Shown here: positions 1-8,046 of the stretch, one piece after another
How the letters are laid out: the number at the start of each line of letters is the position of its first letter
Position numbering within the stretch: the first letter of the stretch is position 1
DNA from: a virus
Taxonomy: Duplodnaviria > Caudoviricetes
Direction: 5' to 3' (one strand)
IMG/VR virus record: IMGVR_UViG_3300036833_000232
Span: 34,662-98,661 of that record
DNA length: 64,000 bases
The notes under the pieces: generated by a model
Databases searched by the model: none
What the model was told of the DNA's origin: nothing
What the model saw: only the letters and a program-made list of their open reading frames with translations
Made by a program: the position numbers and the translations under genes

Positions 1-9
1 TTCATCGAC

Positions 10-1062
10 ATGTACACGCCGATCAAAGACCAGAGTTATCGGGCGAATGACACCGTGGTGCAGGGCATCTACCAGGGTGTGGTGGAGGGCCAGTGGTCGA
101 TCGACCTCAACGCCTACCCCGACATCACTGGGCATGTGTTGCGCGGGATCATCGGCCCGGACACCGTCACCCCGGGGGTGTCCACGACGTTCGCCGCGTC
201 TTCCGTGGCCGGGGCGACGTCGGTCTCGGCGACCGCCACGGTCCCGACCGGGTCAACGGTCCAGTTGCAGGACACCGGCGGGGCGAACACCGAGTATGTG
301 GTGACCGGCGCGCCGACCGGATCGGGGCCGTACACGATCCCGATCGTGACCCCGGCGACCGGGACACGGTTCGCGCACACGATCACCACATCGACGATCA
401 TCGCGGCCTCGTCGCATTCGTTCAAACAAAATCCGGCCGCCGCCCGACCGACGTACAGCTTGCTGGTGTGGGACACCGTCAACTGGTCCTCCTACAGCTA
501 CGCCTCATTTTCGGACGTGTCCATCAAAATCGATCCGAAGGCCGCGGTCACCCTGTCCACCAAACTGGTGTCCTTCGCGGGTGTTCCGGCGACCACCCAG
601 TCCCCGACCTTCACCGGGACCCAGCCGGTGCTGGGGTGGGAATGGGCCCAAACCAACGCCGGTGGGGCTTCCACCCGTGGTTTGACGTTGGATTACTCGA
701 TCAAACGTGCCACCGAGGCCGTTCACAGCAGCGACGGTATTCAGGGTCCGCGTGAGGTGTTCTCCGGTGCGATCGAGGCTGACGGCACCCTCAAGGCGGT
801 CTTCGAGAACACCACGGATATGGCGCTGTACACCGGGAACACTCAACTGCCAGCCGTGGCCACTCTGACCCAGCCGGTGACTCTCGGCGGATCTGGATCG
901 GTGTTGACGTTGACGATGTCGCAGTCGGGGTGGACCACCGGCAAGCGGGACTTCTCGCCCGCATACGTACAGGCCGATTTCTCCCTGTCCGGGATCTACA
1001 ACGCCACCGACGGGGGCGCGATCTCCGCGACCCTCACCAACTTCGTGTCCAGCGCCTACTAG
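10..1062 (+). CDS. Major tail (tube) protein; true start may lie upstream of the window
   Basis: Thr/Ser/Gly-rich beta protein upstream of the tail chaperone and tape measure; typical siphovirus order. Confidence 0.75.
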   Translation: MYTPIKDQSYRANDTVVQGIYQGVVEGQWSIDLNAYPDITGHVLRGIIGPDTVTPGVSTTFAASSVAGATSVSATATVPTGSTVQLQDTGGANTEYVVTGAPTGSGPYTIPIVTPATGTRFAHTITTSTIIAASSHSFKQNPAAARPTYSLLVWDTVNWSSYSYASFSDVSIKIDPKAAVTLSTKLVSFAGVPATTQSPTFTGTQPVLGWEWAQTNAGGASTRGLTLDYSIKRATEAVHSSDGIQGPREVFSGAIEADGTLKAVFENTTDMALYTGNTQLPAVATLTQPVTLGGSGSVLTLTMSQSGWTTGKRDFSPAYVQADFSLSGIYNATDGGAISATLTNFVSSAY

Positions 1063-1271
1063 CCACCAGGGGCTAGATCGTGTCCGGTTGGACGTCGATC
1101 ATCGTGCTGGCCGTCACCCAGTGGCTCTACCTGGGTTTGTGTCTGCTATTTCCACGCACCTGCGGTTCCTGGCCGGATGTGCGTCATCACATGTGCCCGT
1201 GTTGCGGGCGTCCCCGATTTCACACACCCCCGCAGCGGGGTGTGCCCTGCTGCGGCTGCATGGAGGTGTCC

Positions 1272-1652
1272 ATGGCCGGTTACGCCGACCGGATACGACT
1301 GTTGAAATTCCCCGAACTCACGGAGGCCGGCGAGACCCAGGTGATGGTGGCGTTGCGCAACCCGCGGCGGGTGCCACCGACGGACCTGGTGCCGCCCAAC
1401 GTGGTGCTCGACGACGCTGGCCGGCCGGTGGACACGGTCGCGGCGAACGCCGCCGCGAACGAGGTCATCGCCCGGCTGGTCGTGGCGTGGCACGTGTTCG
1501 ACGCCACCGACTTCCGAGTCGGCGAGGACCTGGAACCGTTGGACCAGACGTTGCTGCCGCTGCCAGCCACCCCGGAACTGGTGGCGAAGTTGCCGGTGGA
1601 GATCTTTCGGGCGATCAACAACGAAATCATGGAGGCCGTAAACCCTCAGTAG
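1272..1652 (+). CDS. Tail assembly chaperone (gpG-like)
   Basis: GGAGG RBS before ATG 1272; lies between tail tube and TMP; ends at a slippery site. Confidence 0.75.
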   Translation: MAGYADRIRLLKFPELTEAGETQVMVALRNPRRVPPTDLVPPNVVLDDAGRPVDTVAANAAANEVIARLVVAWHVFDATDFRVGEDLEPLDQTLLPLPATPELVAKLPVEIFRAINNEIMEAVNPQ

Positions 1653-1906
1653 CGCTCGGGTCGCCCTATGTCGAGGACGTGCTGATCGTCGCCGAGTCGA
1701 TCTACGACGGCACGTGGGCGTCCGGGCCACCACCAGCCGAAGTCGTCGACTTCGAACTGTGCCTGGCGATGCACTGGAGCTGGCAGGAATTGCAGGTCAC
1801 GCCGCTGTATGTGCGGCGGGCGTGGTGGGACCTGCTGCAAACCCGGCGCCGGTGCGAACGGGCGCAACATGAGCGGGAAATGGAGCGTGCCCGCCGTGGC
1901 TGGTGA
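1272..1906 (+). CDS. Tail assembly chaperone, -1 frameshifted form (gpGT-like, ~211 aa)
   Basis: A-AAC-CCT (X XXY YYZ) at 1640-1646 just before TAG; the -1 frame continues KPSVALGSPY...LAMHWSWQELQVTP...RRGW. Confidence 0.7.
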
Positions 1907-2357
1907 ACTCGCCGCCGGCTCGGTCGCGGCGGTGTTCACCCGGCTGGCCAGCGAGGTGCAGTTACGCACCCCGGTCGCGTTGACGACCGTGGCCGCGCGG
2001 ATCGCCCGGCAGGCGCAGGTCAACGCGTCGACTGGGCGGCACTCCTACGGCACCCCCACTCCGGCGTGGCCCGGCACCGGGCCGGCAATCATCTCGCAGA
2101 CGTTGGTGAATTCGGTGACGTTCACCACTCCCATACCGGTGGGGGCTGGGTGGACCGCGCGGGTCGGGCCGCGGGTCGGGATGTATCCCGCCTACGCGGG
2201 GCGCCGGTCGGGGACGCCGTCGTCGCGGTACGGCTACTACCTCGAAACCGGGTTGCGGAACGGTGCCGTGTATCCGTGGTTGCGGCCGGCGTTGCGGATC
2301 TCGCATGTGGTGGTGCCGGTGACGTTCGCGGCCGTGTTCGCCGGAATGCGCGTCTAA
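1896..2357 (+). CDS. HK97 gp10-like tail completion/neck protein
   Basis: Motifs 'TLVNSV', 'YGYYLETG...YPWLRPAL' resemble the gp10 family. Confidence 0.6.
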   Translation: MAGELAAGSVAAVFTRLASEVQLRTPVALTTVAARIARQAQVNASTGRHSYGTPTPAWPGTGPAIISQTLVNSVTFTTPIPVGAGWTARVGPRVGMYPAYAGRRSGTPSSRYGYYLETGLRNGAVYPWLRPALRISHVVVPVTFAAVFAGMRV

Positions 2358-2407
2358 CCCCCGACTCCCCCCGTCTGTGCGTGCGTGCGGGCCGGGGGTG
2401 AGCCCCG

Positions 2408-5400
2408 GTGGCCAGCGAATCCGAGATCTCCGACCTGTACATCACCCTGCGCACGGTCACCGCCCCCATGCTGGAGGGCTTCACCCAGGCCAGTGCGGCT
2501 GGTGAGGAGATGGTCGCCGCGCTGACCGCTGGCCTGGGCAAGTTGGACGCGGCGATCGCGCGGACCGCCGAGCAGTTGGCGGGGTTGCGTACCGAGATGG
2601 CGTCCGCCGCGTCCGGCACCGCCACTGCCGGTGCCGCCGCGGGGGGTGAGACCGCCGCTACGGGGGCTGCTGCGTCCGCTGCCGCAGCCGGGTCGGGGGC
2701 AGGTGCCGCAGCGGATGCAGACGCGGCAGCAACGGAAGCCGCGAGTGCGAAGCAGGTCGCCGCGTGGGACCGGGTCCTCGCCGAGATGGCCAAGGTGTCG
2801 GCCGAGTCGGCGACGACCGCAGCATCGTGGGACGCGGACATGACCGCGATGGTCGCCGCGTCGACGCGGGCGTCCGAAGGCATGATCGCCGCCCAGTCGA
2901 AGGTGGAAGCGTCCAACGCCCAGTACGCGGAATCCGCAGCCGCCTACGACGCGGCCAACGCGCCTCTGAGCAACCTCGCCGGGAACCTGCTGAAGGTCGG
3001 TGCCGCAGGTGTGATCGCCGGTGGGGCAACGGTGAAAATGGCCGCCGATTTCCAGTCGTCTACCACCCGTCTGGTGACGTCCGGCGGCGAGTTGCAGTCC
3101 AACCTTGCCACCGACCAGCAGGGCATTTTGAACCTGGCTGGACAGGTCGGGTATTCGGCTGGTGCCCTGTCGTCCGCCATGTACAAGATCACGTCGTCGG
3201 GTCAGCAGGCAGGGCAGGCCTTGGACACGTTGAAGGCTGCGGCGCAGGGCGCGAAGACCGAGAACGCTGATCTGACGACGGTCGCGGACGCCGTATCCAC
3301 CGTGATGATCGACTATCACGGGAAGGTCGGGTCAGCCGCTGACGTGACCTCGAAACTGGTGGCCGCGACCAGCCAAGGCAAAACGAACTTCCAGGACCTG
3401 GCCAGCAGCCTCTCAGCCATCCTGCCGAAAGCATCCGGCGCGCACATCAGCCTAGACGAGATCCTCGGCGACCTGGCATCCATGACCCAGCACGGCATGA
3501 GCGCCCAGCAGGCCGCGCAGAACCTGGCCAACGCGGTTGGTCACTTGCAGTCCCCCACGATGGCAATGTCCAAAGAGATGGCGGCGCTCGGTATCAACTC
3601 CACGGAGCTGGCCGCGAACCTCGGCAAGGCTGGGCTGTCGGGGTCGATCCAGGTGATCTCGCAGGCGATCCAGAAAGACATGGGTCCGGGCACGTCCGCG
3701 GTGATCCTGCAAATGCAGTCCGCGTTGAAGGGTCTCCCGCCGGCGGTGCAGCAGGTGTCGCAGGAAGTGTTGGACGGCACCACGTCGTGGGCCGAGTGGA
3801 ACGCCGCGACGAAAACCCTGCCGGTTACCCAACGAGCCCAGGCCCAATCGTTCGCGACGCTGGTCAACTCGATGCACACCATCGGCACCGAGCAACTGTC
3901 CGGGTCGCAGGTGATGCAAACCTACGCAGGTGCCATGAACAAAGCGATGGGCACCACGGACGGCCTCAACGTCGCTTTGATGTTGACCGGGCAGAACACC
4001 GACAACACCAACCGGGCGATCGCCGCGGTCAGTAAGGCTACCGCCGACGCGCAGGGCAATGTGCAGGGCTGGTCGAATATCCAGGGCACGTTCAACCAGC
4101 AACTGTCCGAAGCCAAGGACGGGCTGGACGCTGCGGCGATCGCCGTCGGCGAGAAGTTGCTGCCGCCAGCCACGGCGCTTGTGGGTGTGCTGGCTGGGGT
4201 CGCGACCTGGTTGGCCCACAACACCGTCGCCGCCGATGCCCTCGCTGTCGTAATCGGGATACTGCTGGCCGGTGGGGTTGTCGGGCTCACCATGAAACTC
4301 GGCCAGTTCGCGCTCGCCATGGCGAAGAACGTGATAGCGCCGATCACTGGGGCGGTCGGGTTCACCAGAAACCTGATCGGCGGGTTCCAAGGCGCGGAAG
4401 CTGCCGCTGGCACGTTCGGCGGGAAAGTCGCGTCGGCGTTGCAGATGGTGGGGTCATGGGCGTCCTCGACGGCGTCGGCGGTCGCGTCGTTCGTGTCGAA
4501 CCTGGCTGGCGCGGTCGCGTCCGGTGCCCAGTGGGTGGCGTCCACTGTGGCGCAGTGGGCGACGGTGGCCGCGTCGGCGGTGGTGAACGCGGCGAAGTCG
4601 ACCGCCGCGTGGCTGGCATCAACTGCGAAAATGATTGCCCAGGGGGTGGCGCAGGCCGCGACGTGGGCGGCGTCGATAGCAGCGAAGTTCGTGGCCGTGG
4701 CGACCTCGGCGGTGGTCAACGCCGCAGCGACCTCGGCGGCGTGGCTGGCGGCGTCCGCGCGGATGGTGGCCCAGGGAATAGCGCAGGCCGCAGTGTGGGT
4801 AGCGGGGATGCTCGTCAAGTTCGCGGTGGTGGCCGCGTCGGCGGTCGTATCGGCTGCGGCGACCGCGGCGGCGTGGATCGCCGCGAACGCCGCGATGATC
4901 GTCGCCACGGGCGGGATCATCCTGTTGATCGGCCTGCTGGTCGCGGCCGGTATCTGGGTGGTGACCCACTGGACCGAGGTGAAAACCTTCTTCGTCGGGT
5001 TGTGGCACGACATCGAGCACATTTTCAGCGAAACGGTCAACTGGGTAGTGGAGATCGTCAAGGGCTGGTATCCGCTGATCCTGGGCGTGTTGTCCGGCGG
5101 GATACTCCTCATCCCCGCGTTGATTTTCAAGTACTGGCATCAGATCGTGGGGTTCTTCAGCGACGCTGGCCAGTGGCTATGGAACGCCGGCAAAGCAATC
5201 CTCGACGGTCTCCTGAACGGACTGAAGTCCGCATGGAACAGTGTCACCAGTTTCATCGGGGGAATCGGCAGTTGGATCGCCGCCCATAAAGGGCCGATCG
5301 ACTACGACCGTAGCCTGTTGACGCCACACGGTAACGCCATCATGGATGGGTTGCTGGTCGGGTTGCAGGCCGGCGGGCAGAAAGTCGGCTCGTATCTGAC

Positions 5401-5671
5401 GCAGTTCACGCAGGGAATCCGGGACACGGCGATCGGCGATGTGACCGGGTCGATCAGTGTCGCTGGAGTTGGTGGCGCATCCGCTGGCGCGACTCCCATG
5501 GTGTCCCCCGCGGGGGCAGCTTCTGGGTCTGGTGTGACGGTGGTGAACATGCCGATCACGGTCAACGGGTCGGTGCTGACCGACACCGATTTGGCGCGGT
5601 ATTTGCAGCGGGCGTTTCTGCAATTGCAGGCCCGGAACGGGTCGTTCTCCACCACCGTCGCGTTCTCCTAA
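2408..5671 (+). CDS. Tail tape measure protein
   Basis: 1087 aa, Ala-rich helical, TP901-like core, ~40-aa Trp-spaced repeats, hydrophobic C-terminal segments. Confidence 0.93.
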   Translation: MASESEISDLYITLRTVTAPMLEGFTQASAAGEEMVAALTAGLGKLDAAIARTAEQLAGLRTEMASAASGTATAGAAAGGETAATGAAASAAAAGSGAGAAADADAAATEAASAKQVAAWDRVLAEMAKVSAESATTAASWDADMTAMVAASTRASEGMIAAQSKVEASNAQYAESAAAYDAANAPLSNLAGNLLKVGAAGVIAGGATVKMAADFQSSTTRLVTSGGELQSNLATDQQGILNLAGQVGYSAGALSSAMYKITSSGQQAGQALDTLKAAAQGAKTENADLTTVADAVSTVMIDYHGKVGSAADVTSKLVAATSQGKTNFQDLASSLSAILPKASGAHISLDEILGDLASMTQHGMSAQQAAQNLANAVGHLQSPTMAMSKEMAALGINSTELAANLGKAGLSGSIQVISQAIQKDMGPGTSAVILQMQSALKGLPPAVQQVSQEVLDGTTSWAEWNAATKTLPVTQRAQAQSFATLVNSMHTIGTEQLSGSQVMQTYAGAMNKAMGTTDGLNVALMLTGQNTDNTNRAIAAVSKATADAQGNVQGWSNIQGTFNQQLSEAKDGLDAAAIAVGEKLLPPATALVGVLAGVATWLAHNTVAADALAVVIGILLAGGVVGLTMKLGQFALAMAKNVIAPITGAVGFTRNLIGGFQGAEAAAGTFGGKVASALQMVGSWASSTASAVASFVSNLAGAVASGAQWVASTVAQWATVAASAVVNAAKSTAAWLASTAKMIAQGVAQAATWAASIAAKFVAVATSAVVNAAATSAAWLAASARMVAQGIAQAAVWVAGMLVKFAVVAASAVVSAAATAAAWIAANAAMIVATGGIILLIGLLVAAGIWVVTHWTEVKTFFVGLWHDIEHIFSETVNWVVEIVKGWYPLILGVLSGGILLIPALIFKYWHQIVGFFSDAGQWLWNAGKAILDGLLNGLKSAWNSVTSFIGGIGSWIAAHKGPIDYDRSLLTPHGNAIMDGLLVGLQAGGQKVGSYLTQFTQGIRDTAIGDVTGSISVAGVGGASAGATPMVSPAGAASGSGVTVVNMPITVNGSVLTDTDLARYLQRAFLQLQARNGSFSTTVAFS

Positions 5672-5703
5672 ACCGCAGGCCCGCTCCACGGTGAGGGGGT
5701 CGT

Positions 5704-6249
5704 ATGGCCCTGTCCACGATCACCGTTACCGGGACGTGGGTGACGCCCGCGAATGTGGCCCCGGCGTCGGGGTCGGTGATGTTCCAACCGGTGCAGGAGG
5801 TGGCCGGCGGCGGGTTCATCGTCGCGGACTCCCCGGTCACCGCCACCCTGAACGGTGCTGGCGCAATCTCGATCGTGCTGGTCAACAACACACAGGCCAC
5901 CAGCTTGCAGTACCAGGTGACGGAGCAGATCGCGGGTGCCCCAACGGTCACCTATGTGATCTCCCCGACGGGGAGCAGCGTGGACCTGTCCACGGTGTTC
6001 CGGGGGTCGGCGACGCCTCTGCCGGCGTTGGGGGCCGGGCGGGTCACCGGTTCGTTCACCGGCACCGGGTCGGCGACCACGTTCGCGGTGACCCACAACC
6101 TGGGCAATTCGGCGCCGGTGTGGTCGATGTATTCCGGTGTTCAGCAGTTTTGGCCGGAGTTTCAGCCGTCGTCGGCGAATGCCGGGAGTTTCGTGTTCAC
6201 GTCGGCTCCCGCGTTGGGTGTCGTGTTCCTCTACACGCTGGTGGGGTGA
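5704..6249 (+). CDS. Minor tail protein; N-terminal ~98 aa paralogous to the N-terminus of 8047-10842
   Basis: Follows TMP; 'VTHNLG' beta domain. Confidence 0.7.
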   Translation: MALSTITVTGTWVTPANVAPASGSVMFQPVQEVAGGGFIVADSPVTATLNGAGAISIVLVNNTQATSLQYQVTEQIAGAPTVTYVISPTGSSVDLSTVFRGSATPLPALGAGRVTGSFTGTGSATTFAVTHNLGNSAPVWSMYSGVQQFWPEFQPSSANAGSFVFTSAPALGVVFLYTLVG

Positions 6250-6252
6250 GGG

Positions 6253-6951
6253 ATGGCGCAGGATTTCCCGAATGGGATCGATTTGACGTCGACCGGCCGC
6301 GTGAGCCACGTTCTTGACCCGGCGGTGTCGACTGACGGGTCGACCAAGAATTATACGGATACGACCACGTCGGCGATCTATTACGGCGGGTGGGGTGACG
6401 CCGACTCCGATGTGTATGGCGATCTGCTGTCCACGTTTCCCCGGAACTACTTTATGTTGCTCGGTGCGGCGACCGGTGGGACAGCGACCACCAACGTCCA
6501 ATCCATCAGCAGCGGTAATCAGAACGCGTACCTGTGGTACAACCGGCGGGCCTTCACCTCGACTGGGTTTCGGTATGTGACTGGGTCGTCGTCCGCGACG
6601 TCGGGGAACACGGTCACGGCGACGATCTACACCGGCACGAGCCTGGCGGCGATGGTGTTGCAAACGACCGTCGCGGCGCCGTTCACGACCACGTCCACGT
6701 TCACCCAGGTCGGGTGGGGTAGTTCGGTGTCGGTACCGGTCGGGTGGGTCGCGGTCGTATTCACCTGCACCGCGGGGGCAACCCCCAAGTTCGCGGCTGT
6801 GTTCGCGCAACCGTACGGGGGTACGTTCACGAATCCGTCGGGAACGGCGGCGGTGTCGATCGCGCGGACCAGCGCCAGCCTGCCCTCCACTCTCGATTTC
6901 ACCAGCGGCTGGTCGGCGAACACGATCCAGCCGTGGTTGGCGATGTATTGA
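6253..6951 (+). CDS. Minor tail/fiber protein
   Basis: 'DPAVSTDGSTKNYTD' fiber-type motif; Thr/Ser/Gly-rich. Confidence 0.7.
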   Translation: MAQDFPNGIDLTSTGRVSHVLDPAVSTDGSTKNYTDTTTSAIYYGGWGDADSDVYGDLLSTFPRNYFMLLGAATGGTATTNVQSISSGNQNAYLWYNRRAFTSTGFRYVTGSSSATSGNTVTATIYTGTSLAAMVLQTTVAAPFTTTSTFTQVGWGSSVSVPVGWVAVVFTCTAGATPKFAAVFAQPYGGTFTNPSGTAAVSIARTSASLPSTLDFTSGWSANTIQPWLAMY

Positions 6952-8025
6952 AGTGCTGGGGACACCGGGGGTTCCCAAACGCTCGCCGCGAACTCCGGGT
7001 CGAACTTTTACCGTATTCCCGCGGTGGTGGTGTCGAACGCGGGGACGGTGGTGGCGTCGTGGGATCGGCGTAACGGGTCGAACGCTGACCTGCCGAACAA
7101 TATTGATGTGCTGACGTCGCGGTCCACGGACGGTGGCCGCACCTGGTCCGCGCAGGCGGTGCTCGCCGCCCACGATGGGGGGAGCACGTCGACGACGGCG
7201 AATGGGCGCGGGGATTGCTGCCTGACCGTGAACCGGGTCACCGGCCGGATTTTCGCGCACTATATTCGGTCGCCGGCCACGATCGGGATCAGCAACTCGG
7301 ACAACACCACCAGCAACACCAGCACCACCACCATCGGGTGCGCCTACCGCTATTCCGATGACGACGGGGTCACCTGGTCCGCCGAGACGATCTACACGGC
7401 CACCGTGAAAACGACGGCGATGTACGGCACGTCCGCGTCGAGCGGGCACGGGTTCTGCGACGTCGGCGGCACGGTGTATGTCCCGTACTGCTTCACCGAC
7501 AGCACCGGCGGCCGGAACGACTTCGTCATGTACTCGGCGAACAACGGCACCACCTGGGCGCGGTCCACGGTGGTCGGCCCGGGGGTGGACGAGCACCACA
7601 TCGCGCTCCGCTCGGACGGCTACTACCTGTCGAACGCGCGTCCCACCGGCACCACCAAAACACGGCTGCTGTCGCTGACCAACAACCTCACCACCGCGTG
7701 GTCCGGGCCGTTCGCGATCGCGACGCTACCGGACCCGCAGTGCAACGGGGACCTCCTGCGGGTGGACCCGTCGGACAGCAGCCCGATGGCGACCTGGTTG
7801 CTGGCCTCCGGGTGCGCGTCCACCGGCACCCGGCAGAACCTGACGGTGTGGATGTCCAAAGATGGTGGCACCACCTGGCCGTATGCGTGGACCGTGTACC
7901 GGGGCGGCGCGGCCTACTCCAGCATGGTGCGCCTGGGCGTCGGCCAGTACGGGATCTTCTGGGAAGACACCGACACCGCATCGCTGCTGTTCACCACGTT
8001 CACCCTGACCAACCTCGCCTACTGA
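6952..8025 (+). CDS. GH33-like sialidase (BNR/Asp-box propeller), in frame with the upstream tail gene after one TGA
   Basis: FYRIP motif (7006-7020), Asp boxes STDGGRTW, SDDDGVTW, SANNGTTW, SKDGGTTW, and AYSS; no ATG/GTG/TTG between the TGA and RIP. Confidence 0.85.
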   Translation, partial: SAGDTGGSQTLAANSGSNFYRIPAVVVSNAGTVVASWDRRNGSNADLPNNIDVLTSRSTDGGRTWSAQAVLAAHDGGSTSTTANGRGDCCLTVNRVTGRIFAHYIRSPATIGISNSDNTTSNTSTTTIGCAYRYSDDDGVTWSAETIYTATVKTTAMYGTSASSGHGFCDVGGTVYVPYCFTDSTGGRNDFVMYSANNGTTWARSTVVGPGVDEHHIALRSDGYYLSNARPTGTTKTRLLSLTNNLTTAWSGPFAIATLPDPQCNGDLLRVDPSDSSPMATWLLASGCASTGTRQNLTVWMSKDGGTTWPYAWTVYRGGAAYSSMVRLGVGQYGIFWEDTDTASLLFTTFTLTNLAY

Positions 8026-8046
8026 CGGCGCGCCGAGGGGGTCGCG

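Noticed and set aside
1080-1271. TM/Cys-rich N-terminal extension of the tail chaperone
   Set aside because: No clear RBS at 1080, whereas ATG 1272 has GGAGG
4490-4900. ~120-bp tandem repeats in the tape measure gene
   Set aside because: Ordinary TMP Trp-spaced repeats
6949-6976. Selenocysteine decoding of the in-frame UGA
   Set aside because: The position is an interdomain linker, not a catalytic Cys site, and the short hairpin is not recognisably a SECIS
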